Below are positions 28,470 to 38,300 of a stretch of DNA of 64,000 nucleotides, piece by piece; positions within the stretch are counted from its first letter, which is position 1, and every line of letters begins with the position of its first letter. The stretch covers positions 1 through 64,000 of the forward strand of contig JBHLMP010000013.1 of NCBI GenBank assembly GCA_048938025.1, written 5' to 3'. Both the position numbers and the translations under genes were made by a program. The notes under the pieces are model-generated. The model saw nothing but the letters and a program-made list of their open reading frames with translations. It was not told the origin of the DNA and made no database searches. The stretch is from Promethearchaeota archaeon (GTDB taxonomy: Archaea > Asgardarchaeota > Lokiarchaeia > Sigyniarchaeales > SOKP01).

Positions 28470-30194
28470 TTAGATTTTGTTTAATTCTCTCTTTTTAAAT
28501 AAGCGTAATAATTTTGAGAATTTTAAGGCTTTACCATTATAATCTAGTTCTGCAAGTGCTTGTTCTTGATAAGCAACAAACACTTTTTCTGACAATTCTT
28601 CCCAATCTCTACAAATTTCAAGAGTTTGCTCATCATTTCTAATCAGACTCTCGTAAGACATAATTCGATGAAATTCAAAAGCTAATTGTTTTATAATGTC
28701 TTCATCAGCACCCTTCAATAAATCACGAATAAATTCATCTGAAGAATACCAATCCTTCACTCTTTGAAAGTCCCGATGGATTTGTGTAAGTAGAACTAAT
28801 CTGGGACCTTCCCAGAGTTCCATTATCATCGAATCCCTATGTAGTCGTGGAAAAGATAAGAAATCTTCCATAATTCCATGACCTCCAAAAAAAGAAATAG
28901 CCCTTCGAATCATAGCTGGTGCTTCATCAGCAACCACAATCTTTTGGAGCATTATCAATTCTCTTAATCTAAAACGATGCTTACGTTCTTCTAGATCTTC
29001 TATCTTTTCCAAGTCCCTTATACCACTTATTAATTCTTCTCCAAAGTGTATAAATTCAGAATAAACTTTAAAAGCTCCTGCTGCTGTTCTTTTAGCAAAA
29101 TCATTTAGTTCCTTAATCTGGTTAATTAGCATAGGAAATGAGGCTACAGGGACCCCAAAAGCCGTTCTAAATTGAGTATATAAAGTTGCTTCTCGAGCCA
29201 CGCGTAATGCTCCAGCAGCCATACCAAAAGCAACGTGAAGGCGTGATAGTGATAATACAATTCCAACCACATCAGCAAGTCCTTTTTCAAGTGGACCAAC
29301 TGGATAAGCTACAGCTCCATTATAAGTTATTTCTGCTGTTGCTAATTCTGCAGTTCCCAGTTTTTGCTTAAGACGATCAATTGTATATGAATTTCTGATT
29401 TCATTCTCCTTATTCGTTGGAAGCCAAGATGGAACAACAAATGCAGCAACTCTGGTTGAGGATGATGTTCCCTTGGGTTTAGCAGTCACCAATGCATAAT
29501 CAGTATGAGCTGCAGAACAGAAGAACTTTTGTCCATATAACCTCCAACAATTTGAAATGCCATCGGGACCCTCAGATTCCTCGAAATTAGCTTCAACAAG
29601 ATTAGTCGGAATATCACTTCCACCTTGAATTTCGCTCACAAATTGGGCACCTCTACTATACTCTCCATCCATTCCATCTCTAACATAGCCGAGAATTTCT
29701 CGCGCTTCAGGAGATAATTGCTCTTCATACTTCTGCATTAACCAAACTAACCCATGTGTACATGCAACAGGGCACATTACTCCCGCTTCTCCATTCTCAT
29801 ATAATAAGAAGATTTTAACAAATCTACTCCACGCACTATTTCTTAGAGGATCAAACAGTCCAAGGCTAAAAATTTGACGCTCTAATGTTTCAGTTTCCAT
29901 ACAACGCTCTATGCGATCAATCCGATGATTATGAGCATCATAATGTTTAACTTTCGTGACTTTTATTCTATTTTCAAGCTCATTTGCTTTATCTGAAAGA
30001 TCTCGAAATCTGAATGATACATAATCCGACAGTGCTCGAAGATCACGGTCAATTTTTTCAAATTCATTTCCAGTATATTTTTTAACTAGAGCTTGAAGAA
30101 ATTCATCATCTCGATAATAATTAAAATGCTTTCTCACAAACAAATAATCATCAAAAGAATATGGATTATTTCTATTACCTTCTTGAGTAGACAT
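28470..30194 (-). CDS. Acyl-CoA dehydrogenase (AidB-like)
   Basis: CPVACT, SEIQGGSD, LYGQKFFCS, RLKQKLGT, RTAFG, GGHG, LWEG. Confidence 0.88.
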   Translation of the reverse strand: MSTQEGNRNNPYSFDDYLFVRKHFNYYRDDEFLQALVKKYTGNEFEKIDRDLRALSDYVSFRFRDLSDKANELENRIKVTKVKHYDAHNHRIDRIERCMETETLERQIFSLGLFDPLRNSAWSRFVKIFLLYENGEAGVMCPVACTHGLVWLMQKYEEQLSPEAREILGYVRDGMDGEYSRGAQFVSEIQGGSDIPTNLVEANFEESEGPDGISNCWRLYGQKFFCSAAHTDYALVTAKPKGTSSSTRVAAFVVPSWLPTNKENEIRNSYTIDRLKQKLGTAELATAEITYNGAVAYPVGPLEKGLADVVGIVLSLSRLHVAFGMAAGALRVAREATLYTQFRTAFGVPVASFPMLINQIKELNDFAKRTAAGAFKVYSEFIHFGEELISGIRDLEKIEDLEERKHRFRLRELIMLQKIVVADEAPAMIRRAISFFGGHGIMEDFLSFPRLHRDSMIMELWEGPRLVLLTQIHRDFQRVKDWYSSDEFIRDLLKGADEDIIKQLAFEFHRIMSYESLIRNDEQTLEICRDWEELSEKVFVAYQEQALAELDYNGKALKFSKLLRLFKKRELNKI

Positions 30195-30296
30195 ATAAAA
30201 GTTTTCCTTAAATTTGTAATTTTAAATTAAAATCAATATTTTATATAGAATAAGTAAGTAATTAAAAATTTACTTTTGATCAACTTATTATAGCGT

Positions 30297-31100
30297 TCAT
30301 TCAGTTTTTTCAAACTCGCTTTCCTCAGCTGGAACTGCTTTATTTGTTTCTGTAGGAGGTGAAGGTCTAGTTTTGCTTTGAAGTTTTTTTACGTTAATAC
30401 GTTCTGTTCTTCTTATTTCTGATTTTCGAGACCTTTTTATGGGAACTTCAACAATTTCAAATTCCTCTTCTTTAGGAACATATTCTTTATCTACTCCACC
30501 TTCAGGAATAGATATTAATTTACTTTTAATTATCACAGAATTAGATAATGGATATATGGTTTTTGCTACTCTTTGAATTTGGTTCTGAAATTCTCCATAC
30601 ACCATGCCAACAATGAATTTCTCGTGATTTAGTGATCTAGCAAATTCTTCTAAAATTTCTCTCATAATCTTACGTATTAAAATTTGCTGAGTATTTCTAG
30701 CCCTTTTTATTGCAGTACAAATCATCGTTACACGAAATTTATAATTATCCAATGTTTTTAAATTCAAAATAATCTGGATTTTTGAACTCCCTCTCCCTAT
30801 TAAAGATCTGATGTAATCATTTGTGTAACTATGGCCGACAAAAACAGTATCGCATTTCTTTGAATCTTCATTTACGTTGATGACTTTGAAACTCAATTTT
30901 AAGCTAATATCAGAATAACTATTCGTGAAATCATAAAGAAGAGTCTCAATCACCCTCCCTAAAATATTATTTTCCACTCCAATAATATCACCAATATCTT
31001 TAAAATTGAAACTTTTAGGGGCTGAAATTGTATACCAATTCTTGTCCTTATACAAGACTTTTTTAGTTTTAGGTTTCCTTTTTCTTGCTTTTTGGCTCAT
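30297..31100 (-). CDS. rps3ae: Ribosomal protein eS1 (S3Ae) with C-terminal extension
   Basis: KNWYTISAP, GRVIETLLYD, TNDYIRSLI, IYPL. Confidence 0.9.
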   Translation of the reverse strand: MSQKARKRKPKTKKVLYKDKNWYTISAPKSFNFKDIGDIIGVENNILGRVIETLLYDFTNSYSDISLKLSFKVINVNEDSKKCDTVFVGHSYTNDYIRSLIGRGSSKIQIILNLKTLDNYKFRVTMICTAIKRARNTQQILIRKIMREILEEFARSLNHEKFIVGMVYGEFQNQIQRVAKTIYPLSNSVIIKSKLISIPEGGVDKEYVPKEEEFEIVEVPIKRSRKSEIRRTERINVKKLQSKTRPSPPTETNKAVPAEESEFEKTE

Positions 31101-31113
31101 GTCTTTGGTCCTC

Positions 31114-31572
31114 CTATCTTGCTACCAATGTTCTAATTTTTTCTGGGTCATATTTGAAATCTACCGGTAGCTTTTTCTTTTTCTTATAATATTTAATTAA
31201 TCGGTAGATTTTTGATTCTGTTCTATTAAGACCCTTTTTTGCCTCTAGATCCTTATGGTTTGATTCGAGATGTTTTCTAATAGTTAATGCTTTTTTTACT
31301 AAGTTTGAAAGTTCTTCGGGTAATGGGGCTTCTATTTCATTATCTTTGAGGATTTGACTGATTGGTTTTCCTGTCACTATTTTAACCAATGGTACCCCAT
31401 AACTATCTCGTAATACTACTCCTATCATTGAAGCGGAATAACCCTTTCGAGCAAGTTTAACAACTAGATTTTCAACTTCTTCAGCAGAATATTCTACCCA
31501 TACGGGTTTCTCTAATCTAGCAGGGCGCCTACTTCCTGCTCTACCTTTCTTACGAGAATGCATCCGAGCCAT
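31114..31572 (-). CDS. rps15: Ribosomal protein uS15
   Basis: MARMHSRKKGRAGS, IGVVLRDSYG, ESKIYRLIKYYK. Confidence 0.97.
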   Translation of the reverse strand: MARMHSRKKGRAGSRRPARLEKPVWVEYSAEEVENLVVKLARKGYSASMIGVVLRDSYGVPLVKIVTGKPISQILKDNEIEAPLPEELSNLVKKALTIRKHLESNHKDLEAKKGLNRTESKIYRLIKYYKKKKKLPVDFKYDPEKIRTLVAR

Positions 31573-31720
31573 TTTTTTCTTCCTGGTTCTACTTTTTACA
31601 GAAAATATAAGCTAAATAATAAAATAGATAAAGAATCATATAAAATAAAATTTTGCAATTTAAATTCTAATAGAAGAAGATTAACAAAATAAATTTTGGC
31701 ACTCAATTATTAAAATAATT

Positions 31721-32305
31721 ATGAACAATAAAAATGAAATTCTCTATTTTATTACTGGAAATAATAATAAATTTAATGAAGTTTTGAGTTTTTTCGAGAA
31801 AGAAAGCTTAAATTATTTTTTAAATCAAAAGAAGATTAAAACACTTGAAATTCAAGCAGATTCTATCAATGATGTAGCTTTATTTAAATTAAATAGCATA
31901 ACGGAAAAGATTAATGGCTCTTTTTTCATTGAAGATGCTGGATTTTTTGTAGATATCCCCCTCAATGGTTTTCCAGGTGTTTATTCTTCATATATATTGA
32001 GAACCATTGGTAATGAAGGAATACTTAAATTAATTAATGATTTTGCTCAATCAAGAGCTCATTTTTGTGCAGTTATTGCTTTATATTTTAAACCCAAAGA
32101 TAAGGTATACATTTTTAAGGGAAATATAGAAGGGAGAGTTTCGAGTAAAATTAGAGGTAAGGGTGGATTTGGTTTTGATCCTATTTTTATCCCTGATATT
32201 ATACCTAATAAGACTTTTGCTGAACTCTCAATAGAAGAAAAAAATCGTGTATCTCATAGAGGGATAGCATTAAAAAAATTAGTTAAATTTCTTAAGGAAA
32301 ATTAA
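31721..32305 (+). CDS. rdgB: Non-canonical purine NTP pyrophosphatase (RdgB/HAM1)
   Basis: TGNNNK, EDAG, GFPGVYS, GFGFDPIF, KNRVSHRG. Confidence 0.95.
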   Translation: MNNKNEILYFITGNNNKFNEVLSFFEKESLNYFLNQKKIKTLEIQADSINDVALFKLNSITEKINGSFFIEDAGFFVDIPLNGFPGVYSSYILRTIGNEGILKLINDFAQSRAHFCAVIALYFKPKDKVYIFKGNIEGRVSSKIRGKGGFGFDPIFIPDIIPNKTFAELSIEEKNRVSHRGIALKKLVKFLKEN

Positions 32306-32352
32306 ATTTATAAAAAAGCTTTTCAAAATTTGAAAAAATTAAAAGAAATTTT

Positions 32353-35328
32353 TTAAAATGTTTGGCGAAATATATCCATTATAGTTTGTCGACTTAATTT
32401 CATTAAAATTATAAACATAAATAAGAAACCAAAAGAGATTGATACCACAAAGACAGTAATCAACACGTCCACAGGAATCTTGAAAATAACTGGCATTTCT
32501 GTAAAAAGAGCCATATTAGTTTGCAGTAGATATGCTGTAAATGTGCCTAAAATCGTTCCTAAAATTCCTGAAGATAGCATAATTACCATACTTTCAATTA
32601 AAAACATATTACGAACATTTCGAGTTTTCATTCCCATTGATCGTAAAATACCTATTTCAAATTTTCTCTCTAACATGATAGCATACATAGTACTTACTAA
32701 CCCAAAAATAGAAATGATGATTGTAAATATTAAGATTATTTGCATAAGAAAACTTTGTCTTTCAGTAGTTGCTTCTATAAAATTAATTTTAGAAATCGCA
32801 TCATCTATTATGAAATCTTTATCTTGAAAAAGTGTCTGTATTTCTTCTTTTGTGGTTTCAATATTTTCTTCCGTTCGATCTACTAAATTTATAAAAATCT
32901 TATCAACGATCATATTTGGTTCTCCAGGGTTTTCAATTTTCATTAATCGCATATAATTCTCTAAAGAGACCATTATGCCTCCACCAGATGCCGAAGTTTC
33001 AGCACTTCTGAAATTATAGAACCCTGGAATTCCGCCTGAGATTCCAACTACTCTAAATACTGTTCTATTTCCTATGTCTGAAGGATTTTTAGGGTCATAA
33101 AATATTATTGCTATTTCTTCGCCTACATCATTAATATTAAGCAAACTCGCAATGGATTTAGCAATTATGCATGTATTATTATGTGCAAACAGTTCATTAA
33201 AAGAATATTCATTCCCACTTCCATCGCTCTTCCAAATCAATAAGTCTTTATCTATTAAATTAACAAAATCCTCATCCACACCAATAAAACCAGCATCTAC
33301 AACATCATGTTCAACCAAATCTGCCGCTGCTGTTCTAATTTTTATTTCTTCTTGGGCTAAATAAAATTCAAATAAATCAGTTATCACTTCCTCCGATGAA
33401 CCAGGAGTGTATCCAACTTGTCCTTCGCTAAATTCAAGAACAATTGATAATACTGCTTGAATGTCAACAGTGTTATGAAGAGATATTGCTAACTCTTCTA
33501 TTCCAGGAAGATTTCTTAAATCTTCAACTATTTCTAAAGTAATAGCATTTTCTGCATTTAATCCTTGATTTATAAGGACTAAATCAGATCCATATTGAAA
33601 TTTTAAATTCAATGCCCAATTCTCAGATTCCATTTCAGTAACACTGGTCATAAAAAATATAAAGGAAAATGATATAGCAAACATAACAACAGTACTTGTA
33701 TTGCGACGTCTATATCTTTTTAACGAAATACTTACAATATTACTATATTTTCTTATAGTAGGTGATATAATAGTAAGGAAAAGTTTCTGAATTAATGGAA
33801 TAATTCCAACCGATGCAAATACTAATCCTATTAATATAGCTACTAATAATCCAATAAATAACGATGCAATCAGCATAAATTCACCTGTTACAAAAATATT
33901 TGGTAAAAGTATGAAAACTATCATTCCAATCATAGCAATCGCTATTCCTGTTATAAAACTTTTAACATTCATACTTCCTTCTTTTTTTACTTCCCATCCT
34001 TCTTCTTTTGTTTGAAAGGGCGTAATTGATTTTATCAAATCTAATTTACTTGTTTTAATAGCTGGTATTAATGCGATTAATAAAGCTGTAATTGTACCTA
34101 CAGTAAAAACTAAAATAATTGTATCTGGTTGAATCACAAATTTTACATCAGCAAATTCAAATTGAAAATCGTATAAATTGAATAAAAACCTAGTTATTGG
34201 CTGCAGAAAAATGAGTCCCATAATTATTCCACAGATAGAGCCTATTGTTCCCATTAATAAGCCTTCAAAGAGTACCATTTTTACCGGGAATATTTTCTTA
34301 CCCCCAACAACTCGTACTACTCCAAATTCTCGAACTCTCTCCTCTACAGATGTAGAAAGAACACTGTTTATTAAAATACCAGTTATAAGCATAGAAATCA
34401 TAAGAATAAACCAAAAGATAACAGTTGTCATTAATAACAAAAATTCACCTTCTTCGAGTTCTGATAATTTTGGTAGACTTACAGTATACTCATTAATATC
34501 CAGTCTTTCCTGAATATTCCTGCTAATCTTTCGCAATCTTTTAGTAGTTTTTGCTAAATCACTAGCATCATATACAGATTTAGGATTTTTTATTAGACCA
34601 ACAATAAAATTAATTTGATATGGGTCGTCACGATTTAAAAAAATCTGTGCCTGTCTTAAATTTACGATTATTAAGGCATTTTCAAATTGCATAAATTTAA
34701 GATCTTGAACACAAATTTCAACAACTGTTAAATTTAAGTTGTATGTCTGATATTTTAAAAAAATAGTATCTCCTCTAGAAATATTCAAAGCTTTTGCTAC
34801 ATTCCATAAAATCACACATTCCCCATTATCTGGTTCTTCTTTATATTTTTGTTTAGTTTCCTTACCCTCCTCATCAACAATAATTAAGTCTCCTATGTGA
34901 CCATGTTCCGCTTCTTTATCAAAATCAATTCCATATAACTCAAATGTACCATTTATGTCAGATTTTTCTGAAGCTGCAGTAACTAACATCATTATACGAG
35001 GAAACAATTCTTCTACTCCTTCTATATTTTCTAAATCATCATTAATAATATCTTCATCATAAAAAGGATCAAAAGTTAAATCTGTCTTAATTGTTTTAGT
35101 AATCATGATATCTGCTGAACCAGTAGTGCTTGTAACATAAAGCAGATAATTATAACTAACTGTATCATTTAACATTCCAATAGTCGTCAAGAGAAATAAT
35201 GAGATTGCGATTCCAGAAATCCCAAATGCAGCTTTTGCTTTATCACGTTTGAAGTCAAGCCAAGAATGGCGAATGAATTGCAAATCTAATTTCTTCTTTA
35301 GTATATAAAGGGAATGCCGTAAGTTCAT
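32353..35328 (-). CDS. MacB/FtsX-type ABC permease (two fused FtsX halves)
   Basis: SVEERVREFGVVRVVG and ERKFEIGILRSMG coupling motifs; two large extracellular loops. Confidence 0.9.
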   Translation of the reverse strand: MNLRHSLYILKKKLDLQFIRHSWLDFKRDKAKAAFGISGIAISLFLLTTIGMLNDTVSYNYLLYVTSTTGSADIMITKTIKTDLTFDPFYDEDIINDDLENIEGVEELFPRIMMLVTAASEKSDINGTFELYGIDFDKEAEHGHIGDLIIVDEEGKETKQKYKEEPDNGECVILWNVAKALNISRGDTIFLKYQTYNLNLTVVEICVQDLKFMQFENALIIVNLRQAQIFLNRDDPYQINFIVGLIKNPKSVYDASDLAKTTKRLRKISRNIQERLDINEYTVSLPKLSELEEGEFLLLMTTVIFWFILMISMLITGILINSVLSTSVEERVREFGVVRVVGGKKIFPVKMVLFEGLLMGTIGSICGIIMGLIFLQPITRFLFNLYDFQFEFADVKFVIQPDTIILVFTVGTITALLIALIPAIKTSKLDLIKSITPFQTKEEGWEVKKEGSMNVKSFITGIAIAMIGMIVFILLPNIFVTGEFMLIASLFIGLLVAILIGLVFASVGIIPLIQKLFLTIISPTIRKYSNIVSISLKRYRRRNTSTVVMFAISFSFIFFMTSVTEMESENWALNLKFQYGSDLVLINQGLNAENAITLEIVEDLRNLPGIEELAISLHNTVDIQAVLSIVLEFSEGQVGYTPGSSEEVITDLFEFYLAQEEIKIRTAAADLVEHDVVDAGFIGVDEDFVNLIDKDLLIWKSDGSGNEYSFNELFAHNNTCIIAKSIASLLNINDVGEEIAIIFYDPKNPSDIGNRTVFRVVGISGGIPGFYNFRSAETSASGGGIMVSLENYMRLMKIENPGEPNMIVDKIFINLVDRTEENIETTKEEIQTLFQDKDFIIDDAISKINFIEATTERQSFLMQIILIFTIIISIFGLVSTMYAIMLERKFEIGILRSMGMKTRNVRNMFLIESMVIMLSSGILGTILGTFTAYLLQTNMALFTEMPVIFKIPVDVLITVFVVSISFGFLFMFIILMKLSRQTIMDIFRQTF

Positions 35329-35375
35329 AATACTCTTTCACTTAAATTTTCTAATTTATTTTTTTATCACTTTAC

Positions 35376-38300
35376 CTAAAAATCTAGAATACTAAACTTT
35401 TTCTTCTTTGTATCAAATTTCCTTAAAATCTTTCCTTCTTTAGCTAAAATCTCTTGAACTTCTTCTTTATCTCTTCTAATTAATCTAATACCTTCACATC
35501 TTTTATTTTTACAATAATATTTTTCACTTGGTTCATCCTTAAAATACCATTTTTTACAGTTTTCACATAGATATGCTGCAAAAATTTGATCATGGTCACA
35601 AATCGGGCACATTATATCAAAGGTATTTGATGAAAACCATGATCTGCAAGATTTGCAATACAAGATTAATGGTTTTCTCATTTCTTCTTCTAGCTCTATA
35701 AGTTCAATTCTCTTAATTGCTTGATCCTTATCTATATCTTTTATCCTCACTTTTTCAGCGTGAATATTTCGTACTTTTTCAATCCAAATTTTCCCTTTCT
35801 TTTCAGATATAATATATAGGATAATTCCAGCAATAATAACACCAATTATTAAAAATATATACGGACCCCATGTTCTCCAATCTATAAGCCCATTATCCAC
35901 TTCTACAATTATTGATTGTTCTGCTCGATTGCCTTCTTTATCAAATGCTACAATCCTTATTTCATAATTCCCATCTTTGTATTTTGTTGTATCCCACTTG
36001 AATTCAAGAATGCCAGTTGTGCTATTAAATATTAAATTTTGTCTGTCAACACTTTTATCCTTGAGATAAATATAGATTCTTGATGTGTCTAATTCTACAT
36101 TATCAGTTATATTCGCTTTTATCGAAACTGTTGAGCTAATGACATCATCGTTTTTAGGATTGATAATTTGAATTTCGGGGGCTATAAAATCAGTTGATTT
36201 GTCATAACCTACGTATATATTAGATAATAACCATCCCCATCCTAATCCAACAATATACTCATTGGTATCCAACGCAAATTTAATCATAATGACTTCACCT
36301 GAATATTCTGAAATGTCAAATTTCTCACTTCCATAAAGATCTTCACTATCGTAGGTATATTCTTTTAAAACATGCCAAGTACTTCCAAAATCGTCTGAAA
36401 TTGATACAATACATCTATCAATTTGATCTTCTGGTACGAGAAATTCGTATTCATTTTGTAGGGATATTTCATAATCAAATTCAAGATAAACATCATATTC
36501 CGTACCTAATTGTAGCGGATATGTCATTAATTGGGCGTTCCAGTCCGTTCCATAACCTTGGACATCACTGCCAAAACTTTGACCTATGCCCCCATAGAGA
36601 TAATGTTGTTGAAGACGAGGAATAGAATGCCACGTATTATCACCTCTTAACCAGGCAGTATTCTCTTTTGGCGTAGGTGTTCCAACGACAAAATAATCTT
36701 CTAACGCTGTATTTGAAAATTCATATCCTATTAATTTATTACTATAATTTACATTAAACTGAAGTGGATTTAAATTTATAAATTCAAAGAGTGTGTTATT
36801 TTGATTATACCAAGGGGTTGTATCAATATAACTTCCATCTGAAAAGTGAAATCTAAAAGATTGATTAACAAAATCTCCAAGTATTAAAGACTTTATGAAA
36901 AGGATCCCATGATCGGAACTAAGATTCGAATTAGCATTCCAATCACCAAAAACATTAATCATTGTGTAATTATCATTCTCAATTTCAATATAAATATATT
37001 CAGGATAATTATTATCCAAATCGTAGTAATTACATGAAAATATAAATTTCTGATACTCTGAACCCTCAATTGTTGATATATTATTGGTCAAATTAAAATA
37101 TAGGAGAGGAGGATTATTATTTGTGTAGTTCTCGACTGTAAAATAATCTAAAATAAATCCCTTATAGTTTATTGCATCAAAATCATCGTCTAATGCTGTT
37201 TCAAATCGGAATTGAATAAAATTGCCAATATATTCAGTAAGATTTATTTCTTCTAAAAACCAATCTCTTTCTTCATTAGAGTAGATTCTTAAAGTATTCC
37301 AACCAGTCCAATTTAAATTAATCTGTAAGAAAACATAATCTCCAGAATTAATGCTCACCCTTACTCCAAATTTAGCAAAAGGTTTTGTTGTATTTTCATT
37401 TAAATTTGTCAAATCAAATAATGGACTGTATAATGTACCATTTGGATAAGGATCTTCTGTTAATTTAATCGGTTGGTATGTATAATTGATGGGGGAATTA
37501 TGGTATGTACCAAAATATATGGAATTCCATGAATTTTCAAAAATTCTAGACCGATTATCATTTGAATTAATCTGGTATAGAGTGTCCCACCCTGTTCCAG
37601 TAATTGTCCAATTACCTAAACCTTCATTAAAAGAGTGGTTATAAGGAAATGATTCACTGTCTGTCGGAAACTCAATTTTGATTTCAAGTTGTCCAATCCC
37701 TGGATATTTTGCTTGATATAATCCATCAGTACCGATGAAGAAGTAGTGATATGTCTCAGGTCCAGGAAATTGAATATACGGACTAATATATAAAGCACCA
37801 TCAGTGTAATTATTATCAAATGGATTAAATTGAGTGAGGGTATAATTCTTAGAAATTTCTATAATAGATACGTATACTTCTTGAGGAGGAACATTCGAAG
37901 TATCGTTATCAAAATAGTCAATATAAAATCTAAAACTATCAATACTATAATTCTTATTAGGGTTAGTTCCTAAAAACTCCTGTTGACTCATAATAGTTGT
38001 ATTTTTAGATCCATCAGCATAAATTATTTCTGGAACATTTAATTCCGGTTTAAAATTATTTTCAACAATAGATACATTCAAGGCAAAAGAACTGGAACCT
38101 TCAATTACTTTGATTACTACTATGCATTCTGTCTGATTTTTTTTTGGAGTAAAATAAAATGAATTAAAATCACCATACCATTTTTGAGAAGATTCTAGTA
38201 AAATTGGTTCACCATAATAGTTTGATTCATTAGAGAATAAAAATAAATCAAGATCAGCGTTCTCATTAACACCTGTTAAATTAAATAGATATTGCTCGTT

